The notes: a model not told the origin generated them from the letters alone. Counted from the first letter of the stretch, positions 10,627-21,600 are shown. The stretch is DNA of 64,000 nt from Paramoeba atlantica (GCA_977017575.1 CDRNVI010000012.1:496001-560000); one strand, 5' to 3'. Numbers and translations are program-made.

Positions 10627-10713
10627 GGTCCCGGGATTTGAGCCCAGGTAGTCCGAGCCCAGGTAAGACATGCAGTTCAGAATCTGGTGGTTACTTTTTC
10701 ACAACATGCGAGC
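10627..10713 (-). pseudogene. Degenerate tRNA-Gln(CTG)-like sequence or tRNA-derived SINE head
   Basis: Minus strand gctcgcatgttgtgaa..gtaaccaccagattctgaa...cctgggctcaaatcccgg loosely follows the tRNA-Gln layout with a B-box-like GGCTCAAATCC, and has an internal duplication (tacctgggctc x2). Confidence 0.3.
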
Positions 10714-11082
10714 CTGAGCCATACGTTGTTAGTGGGAAACAATTTGCGAAGGGGTGGGCATGGCGAGGGCCCGCATGAGTAGTTCCTACGTAGAAGAGTA
10801 TCCGAAACGAAAATATAGACCACAGTAATAACCCTAGGAACGCAACACGCGTGAAGTCCATTCTAAAAAAGAAAGAACAGACACGAGAATCTAAGTACTA
10901 TCATAGTACTTTGGCACATAGTCTATGTGCAACCACGAAGATGATAAACTGTTGTGGACACCGCGTCGTACGCTGGGACACGTCCACCGCCGTACACAGA
11001 AACCAACTACAGAAGAAATCACGGTGAAAGTGAAGCATTATTGCGCCAAAAAAAAATTCTAATATTGGTTTAAAACAAATAC

Positions 11083-11340
11083 ATGTATGTATTCTTTTGG
11101 AGTGTGCCAGATTATTACAAACACAACCTGTTTTATCACTATGAACTGCGCACAACACAATTAATTAAGTTGTCTGCTGGAAGCCGAACCGTAGCGCGCA
11201 CTGATTGCTGGCGAGCGAGTCGCTCGCTGGGAAACGACTTGCGGCATGAGACAGTTTATCATCGACCTTCTTTGGTGCACACCAACACTGTTGAACGCAT
11301 GAATGAGATGCTCAAGAAAGCAGTACAATCCCGTCGGAAT
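11083..11340 (+). pseudogene. Merlin (IS1016/ISXO2-like) DDE transposase, C-terminal fragment
   Basis: ARTDCWRASRSLGNDLRHETVYHRPSLVHTNTVERMNEMLKK matches the Merlin pattern TDCWRAY..L....H.TVNHS...HTNTIE..W..LK; a YSFGVC...TTCF segment lies in another frame just upstream. Confidence 0.75.
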
Positions 11341-11859
11341 GGGACCCTTGGGTGCCTTGATGAAGAAAGAAAAGATCGACCGAAGTTCAGCGGAGAACTT
11401 GTCAATGATCTGAAGATCGGAAATAGCGCGGGAAACCCTTTAAGAAGGTGTGAGAAGATCTCTAATTAATATGCAGTCACAGCTTTTTAGAAGTGAAATC
11501 AAAAGAAATAAGTAGTAGCGGTCCATAAACCTAAAAAAATGTCTTCATTTATTTTTTTCAAAAAAGGCGCAATAATGCTTCACTTTGGCCGAAATCACTT
11601 ATCCTACACATGCGAAACGAATGAAACCAATGGATATTGAAAAAGCAAGATTTTTAATGAAATCGTGGACTTCACGGGCACTTCCGTGAGTTTTAGCGAT
11701 ACCTTGATGATTTGTCAGGGATGTGCTTACGTGTCAGACCCTGAATCATCGAAAGGTCAATCTCATCATCGAAGGTGATTTTATGTGCTTCTCAGCCGAA
11801 AAAAGTACACAATATATTTTTTGAACCCAACTGTGAGCGTAGCCCACGTTTGCGAGTAA

Positions 11860-11980
11860 GGCCCCCATTTTCGAGCAAAGCCCAACTGTGAGCGCAGCCT
11901 TGGGACAGAATTATATTTTTTCGCGCCCCCGCGAGCTCTGAGAACCTATGCCTGCCACTTCTGCAGGATTGTGTATTTAA
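11860..11980. repeat. Dispersed ~140-bp repeat, copy 2
   Basis: Homologous to 7611..7750; the GC hairpin is shortened here. Confidence 0.65.
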
Positions 11981-12144
11981 TCTGCGACATAAGATGTGCT
12001 AACTGAGTGTATCGGTGTTGTTTTTGAGATCTACGATATTTGTGGCCTGCAAGGAGGAGAGTTGTATTTTTCGGATCGGTGATACTAGCAAGGTACAAAT
12101 GCCATGTAAGCGCTTCTACCCTTCTTCTCATTGTTTTTAGTTTC

Positions 12145-12925
12145 ATGAATTACGAAGAGGATGGTGCGCGCGAAAAACAGGCTCTTTTAAAGAGCCTTTA
12201 TTTTCTTGTGGACAGTGAAGTGCTGCGAAGTCGTGAAGCTAACACACCGTCCGAAGATGAAGATACGCCACCTCCCAGTAGGAGGCTCCTACATAGTTAC
12301 GAACTCCTGGTTCGTGGGCGGACAGAATTTTTAGTCCGCTGGTCGGTGCTGATGCCACGACACGCGCGTTGCTTTCAGTGGAACGTTTGTGCACGTGTTG
12401 CGCTGGGTTTACGTCTGTGCGTGGGTGGCAATCTTACGATTCCATCCTGGCGGACAGTGCGCAGAACAATGGATATCTCACCACGGCTTATTAGATCCCC
12501 CGTCTTGTGTTATTCATGGTCGTGAGATGATGCGCGACGTCCCTGGACGATCTGACATCCAGGTTTGCCGATTTCACGAATTCTCAACAAATCCCTGTCG
12601 ATTGAAGCGTGGGAAATACGAACCCTATGTTTCTTCTCGAATGAAACTTGACGCAGGGAAGTTGTTGCGAGTTTGGGCGGACATCGCGGACAATTTGGCT
12701 GCCGGTCAAACTGTTCGTAATCGTTGCATTCACCGGAAAGTGATGACGAGATTGTTGCAAGATTTGGGGAATGCAGCGCTTCACCAGGATGAAAATACCG
12801 TGTACACTTTCTCACGTCTCCAGATGGATGAAACTCTCCCAGGAAAACGAAAATACCAACGAGGAAGACTCACCCGAAAAACGTATGTGGTTTCTGAATG
12901 TCCTCGTTCACATTTCACGGTTTGA
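12145..12925 (+). pseudogene. Merlin transposase, N-terminal half, frameshifted
   Basis: RLQMDETLPGKRKYQRGRLTRKTYV matches Merlin V(E/Q)IDES.F.KRKYNRGR...WV (first catalytic D); split across ORFs 12040..12525 and 12389..12925. Confidence 0.78.
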
Positions 12926-13806
12926 GCTATTAGTTTAGGCCCCCTGAGCCATAAAATGCAGTGACCTGCATCCCAGGAGTCAACTTTGCTCATGACAATG
13001 CTCTTAGCACAAGAAATATCCGGGCATCCTGCGCAAACCGGAGTAAAATTTTCCTAAGTCATGCGGGAGGAGCGCTTGTAAGACAAAAATGAACATAATT
13101 ATGCTAAGAAACGATGTCTAACGCTTTTACGAGACAAAAAAAAATGGAAGTGTTAAAAAATTGGGCGAAAAGAATTATTTTTTGTGCAATATTGGGTTAA
13201 TTTCACCGTCTTTTCTACTATTTGCATTTTTTTGGATTTGTATTTTTTCCCTTCTTTATAAATCAGAATGAATCGTGTAAATTTGTACGAGCTCCAGCGT
13301 GAAACACATGCCGACATTATCACAGATGCAGGACACTATACCTGTCCCTGGGCAGCGATTCAGATGATGAAAACGAGTCGTCAGACAAAGCTGAAACAGC
13401 TGATGCTCTGCACATAGAAAAACACAGCCGATGCTCTGCACATATTCTGAAAATATATCCGAGAATGCATACACTGTATGATGAATCTGAAGCGAGCTGT
13501 AGTGAGAGTTCCTCTAGCAGTGCCGAAGACGATACTACCAATACAGCTGTCATTAACGTTCTAAAACGAAACTGGACATTTTAAAAGCCATTCTTGGGTC
13601 ATGCGCAAGTCTGCGAGAGCTCTCCAATGCGATGCTACTCTCGGGCCTACGGTATACACTAGATGTATCACTAGATACAAAGAATAGTTTGGTGCAGGGA
13701 GGTTAATCCACCTCATCAAACACGTTTTTGTTGCAAAAGAGAGTTCCTGTTTCATTACGAGCTCTTTTGTAAGTGACTTTATCTACAGTATCATGTTTTT
13801 GTGTTG

Positions 13807-15024
13807 TCATTTCTTGACAGTTTCTTTTGTCATTCCTTCTACTCTTCTCTGTAAAAACAAAAGCTTTCTTTTGTCATCTCCAGAAATCCATGATTTTTCC
13901 AGTAATTTCTGCATTTCTTCTTGTACCTTTGTCTGTTCCCGTTGGTGCTTTTCCTTTACATCTTCGGGGACATTTTCAAGCGAATGTTCATATTTGTTTA
14001 GTGCGGCACCATATTTACACCACTTTAAAAAGGCAGAAGTCACTGAATTGATATTTTCCTTGCATGCTATACGTGTCGGCGCCTCAGGAAACGTTGTCTG
14101 CACTTCACGTACAGAAGTTTCTTCCGGTTTAGCGAGCCGGTCCTTCCCTATTTCGCTATTTTCTGAGGTTGGCGTATTCGTTGTCAACGTGTTCTCCTGT
14201 AACGATAGTGTCTCTTGGTCGTGGGTTATTAGCGTATGTCGACGTAAATTCGAGAGGCTATCAAAGAAAGTATCGCACGTCGGGCATTTGAGAGGTAAAA
14301 TTTGCAACACTTCCGCTATCTGAGAAAGTCTCGGGTACACTTCGTTACCATCCACTTTCAATGATTTATCGTCCAAGCATTGAAAATACTTCTTATTGTA
14401 AATCAAACTCCACAAGTAAGATGCGGATTCTGGGACGTGTTCGAGCTCACTGCTCAGTATATGAAGCTGCGTCGAGCTCCCTTTCCCATGTACTGCAAGA
14501 AAACCTACCCTATATCCTACTCCCGACTTTGATGCGTACGATGACATAAACTCAGCCACTTCCTCTGCCGTCACAAATGATGCATCGTCACCTAGTTGTA
14601 GATCTTCCACTGACAAATTTTCTTTCTTGGCGTACAACTCCGCATAATTAAGAGTAGGATACCGTTCAAGGAGGGCTTGAGCAGCGGAAATCGCGCTGTA
14701 ACGGTCAATAAACCTGCTAACTTGTTGCCGTAAAGTTCTGTGGTAAGCACTTATACTCCGCACGGGCTTCTGGGGTAACACGACAACGTGAACGAAAGCC
14801 CACTTACAGGGATGCATGACAAAAACAGTCTCATCTGAAAACGCAATCACAGTCTCCGGAGTGATAGGCACTTGTAGTTGAGGAAATAGAGGCCCCACAT
14901 GCATGTGAATTGGTGTTCCTTTTTCGTTCAATAGAGAAACTTGCTGCGTGTCTTCGTCAGTGAATTGTAGTGTGTCATCTACCTCCGTGGCCTGCGTATC
15001 TCGGGATCGCTTTGTACCAGTCAT
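13807..15024 (-). CDS. Aprataxin-like HIT + C2H2 zinc-finger protein with a degenerate histidine triad
   Basis: FVHVVVLP, YRVGFLAVHGKGSSTQLHILSSEL (cf. aprataxin FRLG(F/Y)HA.PSM..(V/L)HLHVISQDF), YNKKYF, and PLKCPTCDTFFDSLSNLRRH. Confidence 0.72.
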   Translation of the reverse strand: MTGTKRSRDTQATEVDDTLQFTDEDTQQVSLLNEKGTPIHMHVGPLFPQLQVPITPETVIAFSDETVFVMHPCKWAFVHVVVLPQKPVRSISAYHRTLRQQVSRFIDRYSAISAAQALLERYPTLNYAELYAKKENLSVEDLQLGDDASFVTAEEVAEFMSSYASKSGVGYRVGFLAVHGKGSSTQLHILSSELEHVPESASYLWSLIYNKKYFQCLDDKSLKVDGNEVYPRLSQIAEVLQILPLKCPTCDTFFDSLSNLRRHTLITHDQETLSLQENTLTTNTPTSENSEIGKDRLAKPEETSVREVQTTFPEAPTRIACKENINSVTSAFLKWCKYGAALNKYEHSLENVPEDVKEKHQREQTKVQEEMQKLLEKSWISGDDKRKLLFLQRRVEGMTKETVKK

Positions 15025-15313
15025 AATGAGTAGTTCAATTACGGAAGTTCAATTATGGAGCGATCCCCAAGATCTACCTTATGGCAATTTTTTATAGTAC
15101 TTGTACAGAGTCTTTGGACAAGGTGAGAGCCTACCTCATGATTTCTAAAACCAATTTTAAAACTAAAATTTCAAGAATTCGTAAGTTTTATGCAACGTTA
15201 TTCCGATATAATGTAAGCTTCTTACAAAAAGAATTCCGAACACTTGAAATTTACTGAAAAATTATTTCCTCCAATTTCACAAGTTATTACCTCCCCAAAC
15301 CAAACCTACCCCC

Positions 15314-16252
15314 CTACACCACCTCTTCCGTCGACACCATCCTATTCCCCTTCTCCTCACTCTTTGAAGACCACGGCGGGTTCTGTACCGCCATCTTTCC
15401 ATACCCCGGATCATTCTCAATACGATACGGTAGTGCACTAAACGGCACCGTCTGATAACTCACTCCGGCCTCCTCCATCACCACACTCCGCACCACCCCC
15501 CCACTCGACCCATCCCTTGCAATGGCATGGGCGACCGCGTGGTGGGCGAACCCTACTGCCTGTTCCTTTGTCATCCCTTTCTTATAATGTTCACCGACCC
15601 AGGCATACAAGTAACTCGACCCGCTCCCCCCAAGCGCGTAGTCCTGGGCAATCAGCGACCCCCCGAGGGGAATCGTGTAGACCTGACCGCCATTGACCCG
15701 GTCGTACCCACACACGAGTATCCCGGCCATAATACGAGATCGGTGACGGTAACATAAAAGTTGAGTCACCCGAGCCGCCGTTTTAACTAAGGTGCAATAC
15801 TCATATTTTCTATTCTTGTTATCCGTTTCTTTTTTATGTTCATTGCTGTTCTTTTCTTTATTTTCAATATTTTCATGACTTTCTATTTTTTCACCCTCCA
15901 CTCTCCCCCCGTTTCGTTCCTTCATTTCTTTTTCTTTTAAGTAGTGTGCCACGGCATGGGCGATGGCTTGGGTGTCGGCAGCGGAGCCGGAACGACCACA
16001 GTAGATGGACTCGGATAGTTTTGTGCATTTATTCGACACACGGTTCACGACGTAGGACCCCGAGGAGGTGCGGGAGTCCGCGGCCAGGACCGCACCCCCG
16101 GGGTAGGCCACCGCCAGCAGGGTGGTCCCCATGGACACGGGATGGCCGCAGGGATGGGGGGAGGGGAGAGAGGAAGGGGAAGAGATGTCGGAAGAGTACT
16201 CGCGGAGGTAGTGGGGGTCCATACGGAGGAGGCTGGGGTCGTGGGTGAGCAT
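15314..16252 (-). CDS. PSMB6: 20S proteasome subunit beta-1 with propeptide and a charged insertion
   Basis: SMG|TTLLAV..GGAVLAADSRTSSGSYVVNRVSNK...RSGSAADTQA; GGSGSSYLY; AIARDGSSGGVVR. Confidence 0.93.
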   Translation of the reverse strand: MLTHDPSLLRMDPHYLREYSSDISSPSSLPSPHPCGHPVSMGTTLLAVAYPGGAVLAADSRTSSGSYVVNRVSNKCTKLSESIYCGRSGSAADTQAIAHAVAHYLKEKEMKERNGGRVEGEKIESHENIENKEKNSNEHKKETDNKNRKYEYCTLVKTAARVTQLLCYRHRSRIMAGILVCGYDRVNGGQVYTIPLGGSLIAQDYALGGSGSSYLYAWVGEHYKKGMTKEQAVGFAHHAVAHAIARDGSSGGVVRSVVMEEAGVSYQTVPFSALPYRIENDPGYGKMAVQNPPWSSKSEEKGNRMVSTEEVV

Positions 16253-16621
16253 GGGGAAGGTCGGGGAGGTAAAAATTTGCGAACTGGGTAGGGTAAACTA
16301 GGAAGAAGAGGGATATAGAGAGATAGTCGTGAAAATGTGTGACAAAACGTCAAAACGAGACCTGAAATTGAAGGAAGTATAAAAATTGAGTGACGCGCAT
16401 GCAGAGCTGTACTGATCACTTATGGTTTTGATTGCCTATTAGATCACACCATGAAATGTCTCTCTCATAATTATGATTAACAGTTACTTTATGTCACAGT
16501 ATATCAACTTCAAAACCAATCGACTACGTATCAATTCACTATTATCAAGAAATCTTATCCCACCTGTAAACTTAACCATTCCTCCTCTGCACCCCAAAAT
16601 CCTCATTCTATTTTCCCTTTC

Positions 16622-18091
16622 CTATTTTTTCCGAATCACAAACAGCAATGCGCCTGCAATCACTGCCCCCAACACCCCATACAGGCACAGCTCCACGGTA
16701 TCCGCGGAGATCCCCCAAATCGTGTCCTCCGCCTCCTCCTCCCTCTTATCCTCCCCCTCCTTCTCCTGTGGCGGTTTGTTCACCACGGAGGCGGGATCAA
16801 AGTAGGGGTTGATGTAAACCACGGGGCGACCGCCCGGGGTCACCGGGTTCCCAGGACCCACCCCGGAGGAATAGGGCCCATTGGGGGGGAAATACGGGTG
16901 CATCCCTGTTGGGTGGTTCCAATGCGTATGGGGATACCCTCCACTCCCCTCATTTAGACCATACCCCCCGGAAGGGGCATTTCCTACAACGGGGGGAGGC
17001 CCCCGGGGGTGTAGGCCCACAACGTTTTGTGGTGCAGCACGACTCGAGGGGGCTACGCCAGATTGTGTGGCTCCCCCACCCCCGGTAGTACTCGGGGGAT
17101 TGGCTTTTTGTTGTTTCATCCACTCCGGCTCCCCCTCAATGTGAAGATTGTGACACTGGGGTCCAAACTCACACACCCCGACGCGGAAATACACACATAC
17201 CGCGGGGGTATCTTGTGCCGTTTTCGCCTTATTTTGATTGGTCTCTACTTTCTTTTTCAGCTCTGCCATGGTTTCCTCTGAAATCCCACAATTCTTCGCC
17301 CGCACCTCCACGAGCTGTGGTTTCCGCTCCACGAGCGCACAGAGGCTCTTTCCCACCTCCTCCCCGAGTGCATTGTCACACAAATCCAGACTCGCAACCC
17401 TGGGATGGTCCCCGAGGGCTCGAATCAGTGCGCTCCACCCAATTTCACTCCCCGCTGTGTTTTGAATCGTCACGACACGAATGGATTGGTTGCGGGTTAA
17501 CACGTGACTGATCGCGAGCAACTCCTCATCGGTGATTTTATATTCGTCAGGGTTAGGTTTCGTTTGGGGTTGTCGTGGTGTGGGGGATACGGTTTCCTTT
17601 GCCGTTTCTTCGTGGGTCATCACCTCTTCCTCGTTTGTCACCACCATCTCCTCCTCCTCCTTCTTTACCTTCCCGTCAAACAACCGCACGGCACTAATCG
17701 CGTCGTGATGGATCTCACTGAGTAGCGTTCGTAGATTACTCTCGCGGTCGTTTAACCCATAACTCGAGTGGTAGCACGGGACACCGAGGTGGGAGGCGGC
17801 ACGGCCCGCGGCGTGTCGCGCGTTGGTGAAACGGCGCGGCGGTCGCAGCGGCTCCGAGAGGTACTGCGGGGAGATGCGAGCCCCGTCGGAGAGGGCGCGG
17901 GCGGCGGGGGAGGGGGAGGGGGGAGGGGGGGTGGCGGGAGAACTACTCGTACTGGAACCTGGGGTAGGAAGAAGAGGGGTCGTGGAACCGGGGATGGGGT
18001 CGTGGAGAGGCACTTGACGCATGCCGACACGACGGGAACGACGACGGGTGCGGTCGGTGACGCCTTTGGTGGTGTCGGAATCGGGGTCCAT
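16622..18091 (-). CDS. RNI-like LRR + CCCH zinc-finger protein with a C-terminal membrane anchor
   Basis: LRR segment (ASLDLCDNALGEEVGKSL...), CVYFRVGVCEFGPQCHNLH (C-x7-C-x5-C-x3-H), G/P/Y-rich linker, terminal LCLYGVLGAVIAGALLFVIRKK; polypyrimidine tract plus AG upstream of the ATG. Confidence 0.85.
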   Translation of the reverse strand: MDPDSDTTKGVTDRTRRRSRRVGMRQVPLHDPIPGSTTPLLPTPGSSTSSSPATPPPPSPSPAARALSDGARISPQYLSEPLRPPRRFTNARHAAGRAASHLGVPCYHSSYGLNDRESNLRTLLSEIHHDAISAVRLFDGKVKKEEEEMVVTNEEEVMTHEETAKETVSPTPRQPQTKPNPDEYKITDEELLAISHVLTRNQSIRVVTIQNTAGSEIGWSALIRALGDHPRVASLDLCDNALGEEVGKSLCALVERKPQLVEVRAKNCGISEETMAELKKKVETNQNKAKTAQDTPAVCVYFRVGVCEFGPQCHNLHIEGEPEWMKQQKANPPSTTGGGGATQSGVAPSSRAAPQNVVGLHPRGPPPVVGNAPSGGYGLNEGSGGYPHTHWNHPTGMHPYFPPNGPYSSGVGPGNPVTPGGRPVVYINPYFDPASVVNKPPQEKEGEDKREEEAEDTIWGISADTVELCLYGVLGAVIAGALLFVIRKK

Positions 18092-18533
18092 GGAGGAGTG
18101 GGCTGGCAGAGGGTAAGAATAGAGAAAGGGAAAGTGGAAAAAAAGGAGAATGTTAAGGAAAAATTAAGGCGTAGAAATGCATGGGTAGTGCGGGTCTGAG
18201 AAGGGTGCTTTCAGGGGTGCGGGCTGAATTTAGAAAACTAAAGCAGGTTTAAATGTCGGATGAAGAAATTTTTTATTGGGGTCGCGTTTTTCAGCTTTCC
18301 TCTGATTTGTCTTTTATTTTTTAACTTTTTCAATAAAGTTGCCAAATACATGTACATGCCTTGGAGTGTGGGATCGTCAAAAATGTTCTTTGTGTACACG
18401 TTACATGTACCTGCGTACATCTTTACATTCTCTGATCATTTTTTAAATGTCATTCGCAATGTTCACCTATACACACCTGGTTCCTATCGTACCCCATACC
18501 CTCCTATTCTCAATAGACATACTGAACATGAAA

Positions 18534-19544
18534 CTACTCCACCACCTTCTTCTTGTAACAAGAGCGCATCTCCTCCACAAGCTTCGCGTGGTCCACATTC
18601 TTGGTAAGCTGCGCGGCACGGGCGTAGATATCAAAAATCCGCTCATCCCCATTGTACTCATGCACGACCCGGGACCACGCCTCGAGGGTATCCAAACTCT
18701 TACACTTGCGAATTTCCTCCGAGGAAATCGCCCGGGAGGGGTCAACATCATCCCGGAGCTGGGCGCACTCTTTTTCGAGCTCCGGGGTCCAGTTCGAGGC
18801 CTTCGCCTCCTCGGCGTGGTCCCTCTCCACCTGGTCCACCACCTCCAACATCTCCTTCCGCGCCTCCGCGTCATTCGCCGCGACCGTCTGGAAATCATCA
18901 TAGTACACAATATGGTACTTCTCCGGGAGCCATGCCATCAGCCGCTCACTGATCTCATTCCGGTCATACGGGTGCAGCTCCGTGTTCAAATTCCACCGCG
19001 TCTTCTCCCGCAACGACGACGGCGAGCCCCCGGGGAGGATATCCAGCCGGTTATCCTCCGCGACCTCATTCGCCCGGATACACTTCACGTACTTCATCTC
19101 GGCCTGGACGTGCTCCTCATCCGCGATGCGGGCCAGCATGCTGTCCTCGACCTCGGGGCCGCGCGCGGCGTACCTCCCCTCGCGGAGGAGCGCCTGGGAG
19201 CGGGCCACGACGTTGGCCTGCTTCTCCAGCCGCAGCCGCGTCTCGTTGCCGAACTCCTTGCGGTTGAGGCCGGGGTTCATGCGGTCCGCGTCGAAGAGGA
19301 GGCACTCGTAGGTGGAGAGGAAGGTGAGGGGGGGGAACCAGGTGAGGATGTCGCGGACCTCCTCGGGGGGGCGGTGGACGGGTTTGAGGTGGGCGGGCCT
19401 CTCCCCGGTCCAGCGGAACGCGCTGAGGTCGCACTCCATGAGGTGGCCGTACCACCGGTCCGGGTCCCCGGCACGGCCTTGGGCGAGCAGGGAGGGGGTG
19501 GGGCGGAGCAGGGAGGAGAGGGTGCGGCGGAGGAGGGAGGGCAT
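18534..19544 (-). CDS. Probable mitochondrial protein of unknown function (336 aa)
   Basis: Clear coding bias; N-terminus MPSLLRRTLSSLLRP is presequence-like; no domain I can name. Confidence 0.8.
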   Translation of the reverse strand: MPSLLRRTLSSLLRPTPSLLAQGRAGDPDRWYGHLMECDLSAFRWTGERPAHLKPVHRPPEEVRDILTWFPPLTFLSTYECLLFDADRMNPGLNRKEFGNETRLRLEKQANVVARSQALLREGRYAARGPEVEDSMLARIADEEHVQAEMKYVKCIRANEVAEDNRLDILPGGSPSSLREKTRWNLNTELHPYDRNEISERLMAWLPEKYHIVYYDDFQTVAANDAEARKEMLEVVDQVERDHAEEAKASNWTPELEKECAQLRDDVDPSRAISSEEIRKCKSLDTLEAWSRVVHEYNGDERIFDIYARAAQLTKNVDHAKLVEEMRSCYKKKVVE

Positions 19545-19806
19545 GGAGGGGGGAGGGGAGGGGGTGGATTTGGGGTGGGAAGAGGGGGTAGATAAAAGAG
19601 TAAAGAGAACTTGGAGGATAAAATATGGTTTGGAAAGTGTGGGTTACGAAAAAGAATAAATGTCGTGTATAAAGTGAGTTTGTTTGATTCTAAAAAGTTT
19701 TTTTTTTTGATACTAAACATTTTTTTAAATAGAGAGCTCTTTGTCACGCTTTCGTTACATTCTTGCTTTATGAGGGGAAATTTCACGGACCTTCCCTTTT
19801 CTCCCT

Positions 19807-20301
19807 TTAGTGTTTCACAAACGCTTTGCCTTGCTTCTCTGTGCCCCGCTTGTGTAGCTTAATCACGTTGTAGCGTACCGTCTTGCTCAGCGGGCGGCAT
19901 TCCCCAATCACAACCTCATCCCCAACAGCAGGACGAAAGCACGGGGCGCAGTGTACGGCCATGTTCTTGTGGCGCTTCTCGTAACGGCCGTACTTCTTCC
20001 GGAAGTGCATGTAGTCCCGGCGGACGATAATAGTGCGCTGCATCTTGGCCGAACGCACCACACCACGAAGAATGCGGCCACGAATGGAGACTGCGCCCGT
20101 GAAGGGGCATTTCTTGTCGACGTAGTGAGACTCAATCGCTTCCTTGGGAACTTTGTAGCCGAGACCAATGTTTTTGAAGTAACGACACTTGCCCTTGCGG
20201 CCGAGGTGGCTTTTGCTGTCCTCGAAAACGTTTTCCTGCTTCTGGTACGCGCGTTCGGTCTGGTCCGCGTGTTCGGTGGATACGACGTATCGTTTTACCA
20301 T
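19807..20301 (-). CDS. RPS11: 40S ribosomal protein S11 (uS17); likely start MVKRY at 20301
   Basis: [22 protein letters not shown]...[45 protein letters not shown]. Confidence 0.96.
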   Translation of the reverse strand: MVKRYVVSTEHADQTERAYQKQENVFEDSKSHLGRKGKCRYFKNIGLGYKVPKEAIESHYVDKKCPFTGAVSIRGRILRGVVRSAKMQRTIIVRRDYMHFRKKYGRYEKRHKNMAVHCAPCFRPAVGDEVVIGECRPLSKTVRYNVIKLHKRGTEKQGKAFVKH

Positions 20302-20551
20302 TGAAAAAGGGGGTAATTCGAGTAAAGATTCTTGTAAAGACAGCAAAGATGGAAATAAAGGAGTGATTTCTTCAAAGGAACAAATACTTTTTAATCATCC
20401 CGCTTTTTAATCACTTCCAAGGAATGAAAGAAACCTAAACAAAGAGATATTCTAATCCAACTTTGTACATAAGAAATAAAAATGTTAATGTCTTGTGTGG
20501 CCCATTTTTGCTTGTCCGTCTCGCTTGGAACATCACAAATGGCCTGGAAGG

Positions 20552-21340
20552 TCACGGGCACGTACCTCTCCAATCACTGTGGTTTTCCGGCAACATCATT
20601 TGCCGACGAGTCCATTGAAATTCGCTCTCTGAACTCTCGGGTGGGAGACAAGGACAAAACAGCGGTGCGGAGATCCGAATCTCGCGCGCGTTTTTATCCT
20701 CGTCGCCCTTCTGAGCATTCCGGTGAAACACCTGTCGAATGCGCAGTTCTATTTCGGGTGCAGTGCGCAGCCAACGGGGAAGATAGCCCCACCCACTCGT
20801 ATCGGAGTCCTCCTCTTCGCTCTCGTCCTCTCTCCACTGTACCATACAGTGGCCGTCACGTGCGTTGGGGTCGGAGCCATATTGTATCGCAACGTCATCT
20901 AATTTTTCTAAGATGGGGTCGGGGGGACAAATACCGCCTGCTTCGAAGGCCTCATCTTTATCGTTGTGTTGACACCAAACATTAGACTCCCGCAAGTGGG
21001 AGTACGATACCACTTTGCCCCGTTTTAAAATCTCCATTTCGTATGGTGAGGAGGGAAGACGAAACACTTTCTTCCGTTTCGCAATGCGATGGGCGAAGGG
21101 AAAAATTCGAATCGGGTATTCGACTCGTTGTATGGAGAAGCCAAGAAAGGAAAGTACTTCCTCGTCGAGTTCTAGATAACATTTATGGTTGATCGTGGTT
21201 GGAGCAGTGACCTCAAAAGCCGGGGATGTGTTCTGAAGGAAGGTGAAGAAGCATGCTAATAACAGCAGCAAAGAGTAGAAAATGCAACCGTTTGATTGCA
21301 TTACATAAAAGACAGCAACGTAGACTTCAAATAGCAACAA
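20552..21340 (-). CDS. Hypothetical protein with hydrophobic N-terminus
   Basis: 262-aa co-oriented ORF; no recognised domain. Confidence 0.55.
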   Translation of the reverse strand: MLLFEVYVAVFYVMQSNGCIFYSLLLLLACFFTFLQNTSPAFEVTAPTTINHKCYLELDEEVLSFLGFSIQRVEYPIRIFPFAHRIAKRKKVFRLPSSPYEMEILKRGKVVSYSHLRESNVWCQHNDKDEAFEAGGICPPDPILEKLDDVAIQYGSDPNARDGHCMVQWREDESEEEDSDTSGWGYLPRWLRTAPEIELRIRQVFHRNAQKGDEDKNAREIRISAPLFCPCLPPESSESEFQWTRRQMMLPENHSDWRGTCP

Positions 21341-21600
21341 AATCGTTTTTATTTTTAATTTTTAGGGGGCGGGGGTGCCACTATATTTCGTATGAGAGGG
21401 GATGCACTGACGCGCCTGTAAGACTAGCTCTTCTTCCTTCTTCCTTCCCATGTCCCATCAAAAATTGAAACTATTTCATAATTAGTCCTGGATATAAACG
21501 TTGTAGCTTTTAAATTCGCACATTTATTACGATGACCTTTTCATGAAATGTATCTAAAAAGGAAGAAAAATTATATATATTCTATCGGTAATTTCATCGG

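Noticed and set aside
15805-15938. Cis-spliced intron in proteasome beta-1
   Set aside because: In frame, stop-free and without convincing GT..AG ends; no other gene in the window shows introns.
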